From assembly GCA_965218585.1 (NCBI GenBank), contig CBDCLE010000012.1, positions 1 through 64,000 of the forward strand: 64,000 bases of DNA, given 5' to 3'. The stretch is from Terriglobia bacterium. GTDB lineage: Bacteria; Acidobacteriota; Terriglobia; 20CM-2-55-15. The position numbers were made by a program, and so were the translations under genes. Below the pieces are notes generated by a model. It saw only the letters and a list, made by a program, of their open reading frames with translations, was not told the origin of the DNA and did not search any database. This document shows positions 11,047-21,245 of this stretch, piece by piece (the first letter of the stretch is position 1; the number at the start of each line of letters is the position of its first letter).

Positions 11047-12081
11047 CTAATTCGCCGTCAAGTCTCTATACGCACCGGCCACGTTAAGCGGACGTTGGGC
11101 ACCGAAGAACTCCCAGTGGTCGTAGTCCTCCATCGTGACACTTGCCTGCGCTTCCTCAAGACTCTGGCCCGCCTCGATCGCAGCAGCTGTTCTTTCGCGC
11201 ACTGCCTCACGGTACTCCCGGTTAGCCGTAAAATCTGCATGCCGGCCCAACTTCCCGTGGCTGCAAATGAAATGTTCGAAGTCCATAGCTTCGACCTGCC
11301 TGACCAGTTCGAGTTCACTGGCAGTCGACACGGCGGGACCGAAAGGCGTCCGGTCGATCGTGACCCAGTCCGAAGCGAACAAAACGTTTGTCCCGTCAAC
11401 AAACCGAACGATCGTATTGTCGTCGGCATGGGCGACCGGGAAGGGGATGACCTCGACAAGCTTCCCGCCCAGCCGAATGTTAAGGGGTTCGGTGTAAGTC
11501 AATTCCGGCGGCACGACGTTTGCGAAGGGCCCTCGGGTCACTTCCGCGCCGCTCAAAACGCCGTTTCCATCTTCGTCATAGAGATCGAACTGCCGACTGA
11601 GGTTCCCCATCGCTTCGTTATATTCGAGACGGCCGTTGCCGTTCGCATCCTGTTCTCGGAACCTTTCTGGAATCGGGGTGTTCGCCGGGGGCATTTCCAG
11701 ATGGCCAAGCATGGCCTCGTGGCCAATCAACCGTGCAGTATCCGCCCACACGGCCGCACCGGAACCATGATCGTAGTGGTGGTGGCTGTAAATGACGTAC
11801 CTTACCGGCACATCAAACATTTCAGCCAGTTCGCCCTTGAGCCAGTTGGCCATTTCCAGACCGACCGGTTCGACAAGGATGATCCCTTCGGAAGTGACCA
11901 TGAAGACCGATACGTAGTCGTCCTGCCGTGCGTAATAAACGTCACCAGTCAGATTCCCAATCTCTCGCCCCTGGTATTGGGTCTGCTGGACAAGCCGACG
12001 GTCCTGAGCGTCGGCGACCGGCGTGAACAGTGTCAGGGCGAAACACCCGACAAGTAGAACTATCAAGCACTTACTTTTCAT
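11047..12081 (-). CDS. Secreted metallo-beta-lactamase-fold hydrolase with inserted EF-hand pair
   Basis: Signal peptide; SHHHYDHG; DANGNGRLEYNE and DEDGNGVLSGAE. Confidence 0.9.
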   Translation of the reverse strand: MKSKCLIVLLVGCFALTLFTPVADAQDRRLVQQTQYQGREIGNLTGDVYYARQDDYVSVFMVTSEGIILVEPVGLEMANWLKGELAEMFDVPVRYVIYSHHHYDHGSGAAVWADTARLIGHEAMLGHLEMPPANTPIPERFREQDANGNGRLEYNEAMGNLSRQFDLYDEDGNGVLSGAEVTRGPFANVVPPELTYTEPLNIRLGGKLVEVIPFPVAHADDNTIVRFVDGTNVLFASDWVTIDRTPFGPAVSTASELELVRQVEAMDFEHFICSHGKLGRHADFTANREYREAVRERTAAAIEAGQSLEEAQASVTMEDYDHWEFFGAQRPLNVAGAYRDLTAN

Positions 12082-12161
12082 AGGGTCTCCTATTTCGTGT
12101 TGTCCGGGTTCTCTCGGCAAGCCGATATACTACCTCAACAGAGCACGCGCGGCACATTCCC

Positions 12162-12248
12162 AAAAAGTAGGGACAGGTCACTCTCTTTGCGGCCAGATTA
12201 TGTGATCGAGAGTTCGTCGGCAGAAAGAGTGACCTGTCCCCATTTTTT
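12162..12248. repeat. REPIN-like inverted repeat, family A (GGGACAG/GGGGTCAG)
   Basis: GGGACAGGTCACTCT (12170-12184) / AGAGTGACCTGTCCC (12226-12240) with A/T-run flanks. Confidence 0.85.
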
Positions 12249-13259
12249 CTACCGTCTTCTGACGTATTTCTTCAACGTCTCGGCCGGCACCTCCGCCCCA
12301 TAGATGTTGCCGTCGGCATCTGCCGCGAGACCGTGGGCGCTGGTTTCGGTGGGATTCCGAGGATCGAAATCCGGATCTGGAATGAAAGCCGAGATGGACC
12401 CGTCGATGGCACTTCCGACCCTGATGCCTCTCATCCAACCTGGATTTCGTTCCGTATCCGACTGGTTATCAGAAACATAGATGTTGTCACTGGCGTCAAC
12501 GAACACACCGCTGGGCCGACCAAATTGCTTCCATTCGTCGATGAAGTTACCTTCCTGATCGAAGATCTGAATCCGGTTATTGTCCCGGTCGGCTACGAAC
12601 AACCTTCCGGTCGAATCCATCGTGATCGAGTGAGCCACAAGGAATTGGCCGGGTCCGGAACCGGTCTCTCCCCAGGCCTTGATGAATTGCCCGTTGCTTG
12701 AGAACTTGACCACTCGATTGTTGCTCTCCGGCTCGTGACCATCGGTCACAAATATGGTTCCGTCATCGGAGACGACTACGTGGGTGGGTCCACTGAACTG
12801 GCCCGGCCCGCTGCCGGCGATGCCTGCGGTTCCCAAAGTCATCAACACTTCGCCGGTCGGACTGAACTTGAAGACCTGGAGACCCTTGCCGCCTTCCGCG
12901 CGGCCGTCGGCAACCCAGACATTGCCCTCCGGATCTACGTAGATGCCATGTGGCCACACAAACATCCCTTCGCCGAAGCTCCGAATCACACTGCCTGAAT
13001 CATCAAACAACAGAACTGGCGCGACGGCGTCCCGATCGGCACAGCTGTTCTGACCGCATCTCTCCGCAACCCATACCCCGCCGTCCGGGTCCGGATAAAC
13101 CCAACTCACCGCGCCCCATGCCCTCCCGTCCGGAGGTTGGGCCCAATCCTCGATCACGCGATACGGATTCGGCTGGGAATAGGTGACATTACCAAAACCC
13201 AGAATTAGGGCTATGACGATGAAAAGGTGGACGAAACCAGACAAGTACAGACGCTGCAT
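12249..13259 (-). CDS. Secreted NHL-repeat beta-propeller (PAL-like)
   Basis: WPHGIYVDPEGNVWVAD, FSGPTHVVV, HSITMDSTGRLFVADRDNNRIQIFD repeats. Confidence 0.9.
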   Translation of the reverse strand: MQRLYLSGFVHLFIVIALILGFGNVTYSQPNPYRVIEDWAQPPDGRAWGAVSWVYPDPDGGVWVAERCGQNSCADRDAVAPVLLFDDSGSVIRSFGEGMFVWPHGIYVDPEGNVWVADGRAEGGKGLQVFKFSPTGEVLMTLGTAGIAGSGPGQFSGPTHVVVSDDGTIFVTDGHEPESNNRVVKFSSNGQFIKAWGETGSGPGQFLVAHSITMDSTGRLFVADRDNNRIQIFDQEGNFIDEWKQFGRPSGVFVDASDNIYVSDNQSDTERNPGWMRGIRVGSAIDGSISAFIPDPDFDPRNPTETSAHGLAADADGNIYGAEVPAETLKKYVRRR

Positions 13260-13291
13260 GTCGGACCTCCGAAGATCTGAACCCAGGACTC

Positions 13292-14341
13292 TCAAGGAGT
13301 GTTTTGCATCTCTCTGAGCCGCGCCAACTCCTGCCCATAGGCACTGGCAGCCTCTATAAGGATATCGACGATTGCGAGAGGTTCGGTTTCTGCCCCCCTG
13401 TCAGGAAAAACTCCGGAAACTTCCTCAAGGGACGCTGCATAGTCGCGCATGAAGCTGGACCATCGGTCCAGGTCGGTAACATCCTCCCCGCCGGTTACAC
13501 CCTCAGTCGGGGATGCCAGCGCTTCTTCGACCAGAGTCTCGGCGGCCTCCCTTCGGGCCGAATCTGCTATCTGCCCGATCGCAGCGTCGGAACGTTCCGC
13601 GTTTCCGCGACCTGACCAGGCAACGGCAACAGCGCTAAACGCATCGTCACGTGCGGTCCGATCTTTGTCGATTGCACCGGCCGTCAGAAACGCGTCGTCA
13701 AGATCGCCCGCCTCGATCTGTGCCTCCAGGATGCTCCGGAGCGTGCCGGTCCTTTCCTCCTCTGGCCGGCCTTCCTGACACGGCACACAGAGACTCTCGA
13801 TTTCATCTGCGGTAGCCAGGGCCTGGGTCGCCATCACCCGGGAGCGCGCCTGAGCCCGTGCGATGCGGTCATAGGCCGCGATCCGGTCGGTCGGATCCTG
13901 GGCCTCCCCCAGGGGGTCGGTCGCGATCTTGGCCTTCTCGAACAGTTCAGTCAGCCGACCAACAGCGACATTGTCGAGGTCTTCGAGTCGAACCTGTGTC
14001 TGCCCGACGTTGGGCGCCCCGGGCGCTGAGGCAATATAAGTATTCAGCCAGCCGATCGCCAACAATTCCCTGAAACCTACAAAGTCGTAAGAAAGCGCAA
14101 GATTGTAGAGGATCGCCGGGTTCGTGGGTGCAGCTTCCTGGACCACAACCAGGTTACGGATCGCTTTGTTCCAGTCGCCCTGTCGAAAGCCATCGAGCCC
14201 TTCATCCCAGGCAGCCTGTGCCGCCTCGGGCAGGTCTTCCGGGATCTGGCCGTAACTTGAAACACAACAGAGGAGAACCGACAGAACGGCCACGCTCGTT
14301 TGCGTGGCCAGACATCGACACGAATGGGTTGCTCGGAACAT
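13292..14341 (-). CDS. Secreted TPR-like helical repeat protein
   Basis: Signal-like N-terminus; APTNPAILYNLALSY TPR pattern. Confidence 0.7.
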   Translation of the reverse strand: MFRATHSCRCLATQTSVAVLSVLLCCVSSYGQIPEDLPEAAQAAWDEGLDGFRQGDWNKAIRNLVVVQEAAPTNPAILYNLALSYDFVGFRELLAIGWLNTYIASAPGAPNVGQTQVRLEDLDNVAVGRLTELFEKAKIATDPLGEAQDPTDRIAAYDRIARAQARSRVMATQALATADEIESLCVPCQEGRPEEERTGTLRSILEAQIEAGDLDDAFLTAGAIDKDRTARDDAFSAVAVAWSGRGNAERSDAAIGQIADSARREAAETLVEEALASPTEGVTGGEDVTDLDRWSSFMRDYAASLEEVSGVFPDRGAETEPLAIVDILIEAASAYGQELARLREMQNTP

Positions 14342-15004
14342 GAACTCCCTTGTACCTCAACGGACTGGGCCTCCGTCCGGCACCGGCGTCACCGGGGGCT
14401 GATGGTGAATCGCTGCTTCGAGTGGTTGAAGGTACCCCTCCGATAGTTTTGGGTCAAGAGTTAGCAGAGTTGGCCGGCAGGTCAGCATCCATGTAAAATC
14501 GATTCATGTATCCGAACCGTCGCCGGATGGGTTGCCTCATAGCCGCGGGCGTTCTACTGACCGCAGCCGTGTCGGCATCGGCACAAACCCCACAGATAAG
14601 AGAAAAGACGCGGCTCGAAGAAGTCGAACAACGGATCTTCGACCGGGTAAACCAAGAGCGGATGCGCGAAGGCCTGAACCCGCTGCTCGCCGAAGCGATC
14701 CTGGTCGAGATCGCCGAGGATCACACGATGGACATGCTGGAGAGGGAGTACTTCGGCCATGACAGCCCAGAAGGAGTGGGTCCGGTGGAGCGTGTTGGCT
14801 GGAGACATCGCACGCTCGTGGGGGACGTCTCCGAGAACATCTGGCAGGGCACCCGCGCTCGAGACGCAGAAGCGGGCAGACTAGCCACCGAAATCATGGA
14901 CGGACTCATGAATAGCCCGGGTCATCGCAGAAACATCATGGCACCCCAACTGACACATATGGGGCTGGGCGTGTATTCGTCGAATGGGGTCGCAGTCCGG
15001 ACTA

Positions 15005-15818
15005 GGGTGTGTTAACACTAATGAGCATGAATGTTTTATAATCAGGCATGGAGATCACACAGGAGCAGTATTGTCGCATCGAGCCGGAACTGCCGCGTCA
15101 GCGGGGCAACGTCAGTCTTTCGAACCTGACGGTCTTGAACGCCATTTTGTATGTGGCTGAGCAGGGCTGCAAGTGGCGCGGTCTGCCCAAGCGCTTTGGC
15201 AACTGGCACACCATCTACACCCGGATGAACCGCTGGTCCAAGAACGGGGTGCTCGACGCCGTCTTCGAAAAACTCCAGCGCGAGCAACTGGTGCGCATCC
15301 GGGTGGAAGCCGTTTCGATGGACTCGACCATTGTGAAGGTGCATCCCGACGGCACGGGAGCGTTAAAAAAAACGGTCCGCAAGCGATCGGCAAATCCCGC
15401 GGTGGATGGACCACCAAGATTCATCTGGTTGCCGCGAATGCTCGAACGGCGATAACGTTTGCGCTCTCGCCCGGCCAAGCGCACGACGCCCCGCAGGGCC
15501 GCGATCTGCTCGCCGGTCTGGGGCCGTTGCCCGCGCCGCTGCCGCTGCTGATGGACCGTGCCTACCAGGACGACCAGACCCGCCAATTGGCTCTGGATTT
15601 TGGGTGGATTCCCGTCGTGCCGCCCAAGCGCAACCGCCTGGAGCCGTGGGAATACGACCGCGTGCTCTACCGCCGCAGGAACGAAGTCGAGAGGCTCTTC
15701 CGCCGACTCAAGGGTTTTCGGCGTATCTTCTCCCGTTTCGATAAACTCGACGTCATGTTCCTCGCCTTCCTTCACTTCGCACTCATCGTCGAGGCACTAC
15801 GTTAGTGTTAACACGCCC
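15005..15818 (+). mobile_element. IS5-family (IS427-group) insertion sequence, 814 bp
   Basis: IRs GGGTGTGTTAACACTAA / TTAGTGTTAACACGCCC; TA duplication at 15003-15004 and 15819-15820. Confidence 0.95.
15048..15805 (+). CDS. IS5-family transposase, two ORFs joined by a frameshift at the A8 run (15365-15372)
   Basis: GCKWRGLPKRFGNWHTIY, MDSTIVKVH, GKSRGGWTTKIH, DRAY, YRRRNEVERLF. Confidence 0.93.
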
Positions 15819-16239
15819 TAACGAAATTATGGTGACGCAGCTCTTCGGTGCGATCCGCGGTTACCTGAAGGAGCCTCTCCAGGAAAGCTTCATCCGCAAT
15901 CAGACAGTGCGCTTCATAGTGGACGACCTGATAGGAGAGCGCCCAAGCGCACGGTACTACGATCTGTGGTCTGTGGAAGAGCAACGTCCGGTGATCCGCC
16001 CCACGAGCATCCAGCAATCCAAATTGGAAGTGCCCCCCGGAACCTACCAGCTACGCTTCCTCTACACCAGCCCCCAGGAGGGACGGCTCGACGCGATCTC
16101 TGCACCCTACGTTACGGTCCGTTGATCAGAACGCGACCTTGACAGCCTGTCCTTAGCAACCCGTGCCGGTGGTCGGCTCGAATAGTCCAAGTTATCAGTA
16201 AGATCCGGGCACGCCGGCAGATCATTGGGTCTTCCGAAA

Positions 16240-16269
16240 ATCCGAAACAAACGGATAAACTCCTATACT
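16240..16269 (+). promoter_or_regulatory. Palindromic operator ATCCG-N7-CGGAT plus TATACT -10 box upstream of metK
   Basis: ATCCGAAACAAACGGAT 16240-16256; TATACT 16264-16269; near-identical palindrome in front of the SahR-like gene. Confidence 0.6.
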
Positions 16270-16375
16270 TCGCCCAACGTCCTGGACGAATTCCGGACGG
16301 ATGTAACCCAATTCGGAGTTGGGGCCACGACTCTGTCCGTGGCTTCCGACGAACAGTTCTGAAGGAGAAAGCCTG

Positions 16376-17524
16376 GTGAGTGAAGCACGACGATTATTTA
16401 CTTCGGAGTCGGTAACCGAGGGACACCCCGACAAGATGGCCGACCAGATCTCGGATGCGATCCTGGATTGCGTCATGGAAGAAGACCCCATGGGACGCGT
16501 CGCTTGCGAAACGATGGTGACGACCGGGTATGCCCTGGTCGCAGGTGAAATCACGACCAAGAGCTTTATCGACTACGAAAGCCTTGTGCGCGGAACAGTT
16601 GAAAGAATCGGCTACACCGATGCAGCGATGGGATTCGACTCGAAAACCTGTGCCGTCATGTCGGCCGTGGGGCGGCAGTCGCCCGATATCGCGATGGGCG
16701 TCGATACCGGAGGTGCCGGAGATCAGGGGATGATGTTCGGATACGCAACTGACGAAACACCGGAATTGATGCCGGCCCCCATCCTCTGGGCTCACAAACT
16801 CACTGCCAAGCTCGCCGAGGTCAGAAAATCGGGGCTGCTGCCTTTCCTCAGACCCGACGGCAAATCCCAGGTCTCGGTGGAATATGAGGGGGACACTCCC
16901 AAGCGTGTGGACACGGTCGTCATTTCGACCCAGCACAATCCGGAGGCAACATCGAACCAGATTCGGGAAGAAGTCATCGCCCATGTCATCAAAACAGCGA
17001 TCCCGGCCGAATTACTCGACCAGACGACGACGTATCACGTGAATCCCACCGGGCGGTTTGTCGTCGGCGGACCGCTGGGCGACTGCGGACTGACCGGACG
17101 TAAGATTATCGTCGACACTTACGGAGGGATGGGGCGGCACGGCGGCGGCGCATTTTCAGGAAAGGATCCGACGAAGGTCGACCGATCGGCATGTTACATG
17201 GCCCGGTACGTGGCTAAGAACGTCGTCGCTGCAGGTCTGGCTAAGCGCGTGGAGATTCAGCTCGCCTACGCCATCGGCGTGGCTGATCCCGTTTCCGTTC
17301 TTGTGGACTCATTTGGAACGGGCAATTTGCCCGATGATAAGATCTCCGCTATCGTCCGGGATAATTTCCAGCTGACCCCCCGCGGAATCATGGAGTCGCT
17401 CAACCTGCGGCGTCCCATCTACACAAAGACCGCGTCCTACGGACACTTCGGCCGCGAGGATCCCGACTTCACCTGGGAAGCCCGCGACAGGGCAGACGCT
17501 CTGAAGCAGGCGGCGAACCAGTAA
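16376..17524 (+). CDS. metK: S-adenosylmethionine synthetase
   Basis: [35 protein letters not shown]; AAGGAG RBS before GTG. Confidence 0.99.
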   Translation: MSEARRLFTSESVTEGHPDKMADQISDAILDCVMEEDPMGRVACETMVTTGYALVAGEITTKSFIDYESLVRGTVERIGYTDAAMGFDSKTCAVMSAVGRQSPDIAMGVDTGGAGDQGMMFGYATDETPELMPAPILWAHKLTAKLAEVRKSGLLPFLRPDGKSQVSVEYEGDTPKRVDTVVISTQHNPEATSNQIREEVIAHVIKTAIPAELLDQTTTYHVNPTGRFVVGGPLGDCGLTGRKIIVDTYGGMGRHGGGAFSGKDPTKVDRSACYMARYVAKNVVAAGLAKRVEIQLAYAIGVADPVSVLVDSFGTGNLPDDKISAIVRDNFQLTPRGIMESLNLRRPIYTKTASYGHFGREDPDFTWEARDRADALKQAANQ

Positions 17525-17807
17525 ACATAGGACGGACACTTCAATCGAAATCCAGTCGTCAGCCCCAGTCACCAGACGAGGATGCGACCGGAGGTGTCCG
17601 TCAAAGACAGACCGAACAACTCGTCGAGCCTCCATCGGTAGGACGCCGGACAACTGGCCAAACGCTCTAAGCATAAACAACCATTGAGTGAAAAGCTGTG
17701 CGGTTTCGAATGGCTCAAATGACAACACCCGGCGGAGTCTTGTGATTTTAAGACCGCCTCTTTGCTGAACTCTGCTTCTTTCGGAAGTATTCTGACGATC
17801 TACCGCT

Positions 17808-18770
17808 ATGAAACAACTCTTAGGGTCCTTAATCTATCCTTATTCTAAGTCTGAATTCGTTGATCATTATGAAGGCGACACTCCTTTGGTTGTCCATGAT
17901 TTGGGCGACGGCATTCGCGAGCTTGCAAAGCTTCCTTTTCTGGAATCTTTAGAGGCCTTGCTTGCTTCATGGCCGAATAAGGTCGACGCTTATCTTCCGG
18001 GGATCGCAGACGAGGCCAACTCGATAGAGATAGCAGCAGAGGAGGCGCTTGAACATTTCGGGAATGGAGCGGGACTTCTCTTTAACGATATCAATACCAT
18101 TTCTCCTCTACTGGAAGGTTGGTTGGAGTCGCTCAAATATGAGCTTGGTCTTTCGTCTCTGACCTATACACGCAACCTGGTGTATGTGATTCCCGCTGGG
18201 AAGGGCACATCTCCTCATTTTGACCAGAACATAAATTTCGTCCTGCAGATTCATGGAACAAAGCGATGGCTCGTGGCTCCCAATCAACATGTGAAAAGCC
18301 CTATGAGCAGACATACGATTGGCCTTCCGACTGATCCAGAGCTGGAAAGTTATGCTGAGAGGGCGATGCCTGAGCAGTTTTCAGATCGTGCCGCGAACTT
18401 TGTATTGAAACCAGGCTCGCTTCTCTTCGTGCCAAGGGGTGCCTGGCACAAGACCGAGGCCCTTACGGACGCGCTCTCCCTGACTTTTACATTTGGCGCG
18501 CCAACATGGATCGACATTTTAACCGCCGCCCTGCGAGGCCGTCTTGCCCAGTCAAGCGAATGGCGAGAGACAACGAACTTTGGTACGGATAAAGGGCGTG
18601 CTCATGAGGCCACGGAGAAGTTGGATGTATTGCTTTCAAAGTTGGCCCAAGATGTCCCGAATTGGAATGCTGCCGATATTTTGGAGGCGACGGAGGCCAC
18701 ACCGGATGCGTTACAGGCACCCACCCAAGCCAAGGACCCGACGGTTCAGGGGGCAGACCCGCATCGATGA
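17808..18770 (+). CDS. JmjC/cupin-4 2-oxoglutarate Fe(II) hydroxylase (YcfD/RoxA-like)
   Basis: HFD...GTKRW...LKPGSLLFVPRGAWH (HxD...H). Confidence 0.88.
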   Translation: MKQLLGSLIYPYSKSEFVDHYEGDTPLVVHDLGDGIRELAKLPFLESLEALLASWPNKVDAYLPGIADEANSIEIAAEEALEHFGNGAGLLFNDINTISPLLEGWLESLKYELGLSSLTYTRNLVYVIPAGKGTSPHFDQNINFVLQIHGTKRWLVAPNQHVKSPMSRHTIGLPTDPELESYAERAMPEQFSDRAANFVLKPGSLLFVPRGAWHKTEALTDALSLTFTFGAPTWIDILTAALRGRLAQSSEWRETTNFGTDKGRAHEATEKLDVLLSKLAQDVPNWNAADILEATEATPDALQAPTQAKDPTVQGADPHR

Positions 18771-18852
18771 CGCCTCGCGAGCGATCTCGGTAGTCGTGAA
18801 TCGGTGTGAGAAATTGAAAGAACGGGTGTGCCGGTATCCTAATTTCCGAGGT

Positions 18853-18889
18853 CAAGTCCTGAGCAATCATCTTGTCGGACGTTGAGAAT
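18853..18889 (+). repeat. Imperfect 37-bp direct repeat, copy 1
   Basis: CAAGTCCTGAGCAATCATCTTGTCGGACGTTGAGAAT; 33/37 identical to 20166-20202. Confidence 0.8.
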
Positions 18890-19067
18890 TTCAGCAAACG
18901 GAAGCTAGAACTCAGACCGAAGGTACCCCTGTGTTACCCGAAAGCAGAGGACACGCCCATCTGTCAGAAATGTAGATATTCCGACACTCTAAAACGAGTA
19001 TGTTCCGTTGATGTGTGATGTCCAGGAACCATCGAATCCCACCCGGTCGTGTGAGAATAGAGTTCCG

Positions 19068-20117
19068 ATGACTGGCACTGGCGACACGGGCAGGCTGGCT
19101 GGAGAGTCTGGCCTGTTCACGGCCTGGGAGCGGCAGACCCGCCGATGGGCGCTCGTATTTGCAGCGTTGACGCTGGTGGTGTCCGCACTCGTCACATTCG
19201 TGTTCATACGCACGGGCTGGGAGGGGGAGACCGCGCTTGTGTTTACGCTGATCCCGGCACTTGTGGTTTACGCCTGGTGGACACGGAAGATCCGATGCCG
19301 AAGAGCGATCCTCCGCGAACCATTTCCACGCGAATGGGAAGCCGTACTGCAGCGCGACGTCGTCTTTTTTCGCGTGCTCGATGAATCCGACCAACACCGG
19401 TTTCGTCGTCAGCTCCAGGTGTTCCTGGGAGAGAAGCGGATTACAGGCATCAAGGTGGAGGTCGACACGACGACACGTGTGCTTGCCGCCAGCAGCGCCA
19501 TCATTCTCATCTTCGGATTCCCCGACTGGGAATGGGACCAGATTAACGAAGTGTTGGTCTATCCGACACGGTTCGACGGCAAATTCGAGTTCGGCGACAC
19601 GCGAGGTCACAACATCCTCGGCATGGTCGGAACGGGCAGTCTGAACCGGCTGATGATCCTCTCCAAGCCTGACCTGATCAACGGCTTCAGGAACCCAACC
19701 GACAAGCGGAACGTGGGTGTACACGAGTTCGCGCATCTGGTCGACAAGACTGACGGTGTGATCGACGGAGTGCCCCGGGTGGGACTCAACCGGCAGGCGA
19801 TCGGGCCCTGGATTGATCTGGTGCGACGCAAGATGGCCGAAATCGAGGCGGGAACCTCTGACATTAATCGCTATGCGCTGACCAACGAGGCGGAGTTTTT
19901 CGCCGTGATATCGGAGTATTTTTTTGAGCGGCCCGGTCTGTTGCATCGTAAACACCCGGCCCTTTACGAGGCGCTCGAACGTGTTTTCAACCAAGGTCTT
20001 CGCGTCCGTGCCGATGCATTTCGGACGGAGCTGTCCCAGGGTCGGCCGAGGTTCGGTCGGAATTCGCCTTGTCCGTGTGGGAGTGGACTCAAGTTCAAGA
20101 AGTGCTGTCTGGGGTGA
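19068..20117 (+). CDS. MtfA-like M90 zinc peptidase with two N-terminal TM helices and C-terminal SEC-C motif
   Basis: [47 protein letters not shown]; start codon uncertain. Confidence 0.92.
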   Translation: MTGTGDTGRLAGESGLFTAWERQTRRWALVFAALTLVVSALVTFVFIRTGWEGETALVFTLIPALVVYAWWTRKIRCRRAILREPFPREWEAVLQRDVVFFRVLDESDQHRFRRQLQVFLGEKRITGIKVEVDTTTRVLAASSAIILIFGFPDWEWDQINEVLVYPTRFDGKFEFGDTRGHNILGMVGTGSLNRLMILSKPDLINGFRNPTDKRNVGVHEFAHLVDKTDGVIDGVPRVGLNRQAIGPWIDLVRRKMAEIEAGTSDINRYALTNEAEFFAVISEYFFERPGLLHRKHPALYEALERVFNQGLRVRADAFRTELSQGRPRFGRNSPCPCGSGLKFKKCCLG

Positions 20118-20165
20118 CGTGCGCCACCTCGACGAGGACGGACAACTCCCTCAATTTAGGCGCGC

Positions 20166-20202
20166 CAAGTCCCGAGAAATCATCTACTCGGACGTTGAGA
20201 AT
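20166..20202 (+). repeat. Imperfect 37-bp direct repeat, copy 2
   Basis: CAAGTCCCGAGAAATCATCTACTCGGACGTTGAGAAT. Confidence 0.8.
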
Positions 20203-20920
20203 CGAATGCACCGGTCATCCGGAAAACGTCACCCACTGCCCAATCATGTAAGACGACTCTCTCCCCTGAACTCCGTTCGATTCTTACAAACGACGGGACT
20301 TCGGGTTCACCCAGAACCCTCTGGATCGCTTCGGCTGTAGCCGGATTCCCCGACGTCATGAGTTCGTACAGCGTCGTCAACTGATCGAAACGCGGGCGGT
20401 CTCGGGAGATGGTACGTTGCCAGAATCGGTTGTATTGAATGTATCCATCGACCGTCCGCTGGTTTCTGACGAGGGCACGATATTCGTCTATGAACTCTCC
20501 AATCAAAGCCGGCGTAATCGTGTCGACTATTGCCAGGAAGTCCTCGTTGACCTGCCGAAGCTTCTGAATCTCCCCCTGGACATAGCCTTCGGTGATAGGC
20601 CAGCTGTATGAAAACGAAGATACCGTAGTGTCGTCCGCAACAGGGAAAACGTCTACGATTTCCGGCAAGAGCCCATACCCGAAAACCACGGGCTCCGGAG
20701 GTGGATCTCGGAACTCGGGCAAGAGCTCGGGGGCGCGACGAGCTACAGTGTCGCGAAGCGAGACAAAGAAGCGCTCCAGGTTGTCTCTATGAACCCGAAA
20801 CTCGGCTTCGACCCGATCGCCCTCCGCGACGTAGGCCGGAAGTGTGCTGACCTGACCCGCCCAAACGAGCCAGACGGACACAATGACCTTAAGTATCGGC
20901 ACCGAACTCATTGTAGGCAA
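20180..20920 (-). CDS. Hypothetical exported protein, possibly 3'-truncated
   Basis: Signal-like N-terminus; stop codon falls inside repeat copy 2. Confidence 0.6.
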   Translation of the reverse strand: MPTMSSVPILKVIVSVWLVWAGQVSTLPAYVAEGDRVEAEFRVHRDNLERFFVSLRDTVARRAPELLPEFRDPPPEPVVFGYGLLPEIVDVFPVADDTTVSSFSYSWPITEGYVQGEIQKLRQVNEDFLAIVDTITPALIGEFIDEYRALVRNQRTVDGYIQYNRFWQRTISRDRPRFDQLTTLYELMTSGNPATAEAIQRVLGEPEVPSFVRIERSSGERVVLHDWAVGDVFRMTGAFDSQRPSR

Positions 20921-21245
20921 TCATACGCTCCGGGGTCGGAACCGCACGCGGTGAAACCACCTGACGAGATAGCCGAAAACAGCTATCCATAAATCCGCTA
21001 AGCACTTGCACGGCGCCTGTGGGCTCAGTATATTGGTTAGTTGGCACTGTCGAGGCAGCCCGATCCAATCGCAGGGGCCGTGATCGAGGACACTGTAATG
21101 GGTCAGCGTGGGACAGTAAGATAGACGGAAACCGGATTCGAAAGAGAAGGAAGCGAAGGAAAATAAAGCAATGATCGATGCAGGAACTCTCCCAGTGTCC
21201 TCGCCGACGATGACCCGAGCCTGATCTCGATTTGCACTCCTAAAA

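Larger units (their letters stand above)
14506..16125 (+). pseudogene. CAP/SCP-domain secreted protein (~267 aa) interrupted by IS5-family element
   Basis: VNQER, YFGHDSP, ENI, LMNSPGHRRNI; IS removal restores AVRT-NEIMVTQLF. Confidence 0.9.

Noticed and set aside
16126-16375. Canonical SAM-I riboswitch before metK
   Set aside because: TTATCAG is present but the GAG...GGCAACC core and P1 pairing are not
17731-17765. tRNA-like fragment GGCGGAGTCTTG...AAGACCGCC
   Set aside because: Only a single hairpin; no cloverleaf, T-arm or CCA
18771-20210. Integron attC sites
   Set aside because: No RYYYAAC/GTTRRRY pair with internal dyad symmetry and no integrase in the window
21041-21057. Sigma-54 promoter TTGGCAC-N7-GCA
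   Set aside because: GG/GC spacing fits but the -12 TTGC is not matched; too weak to call
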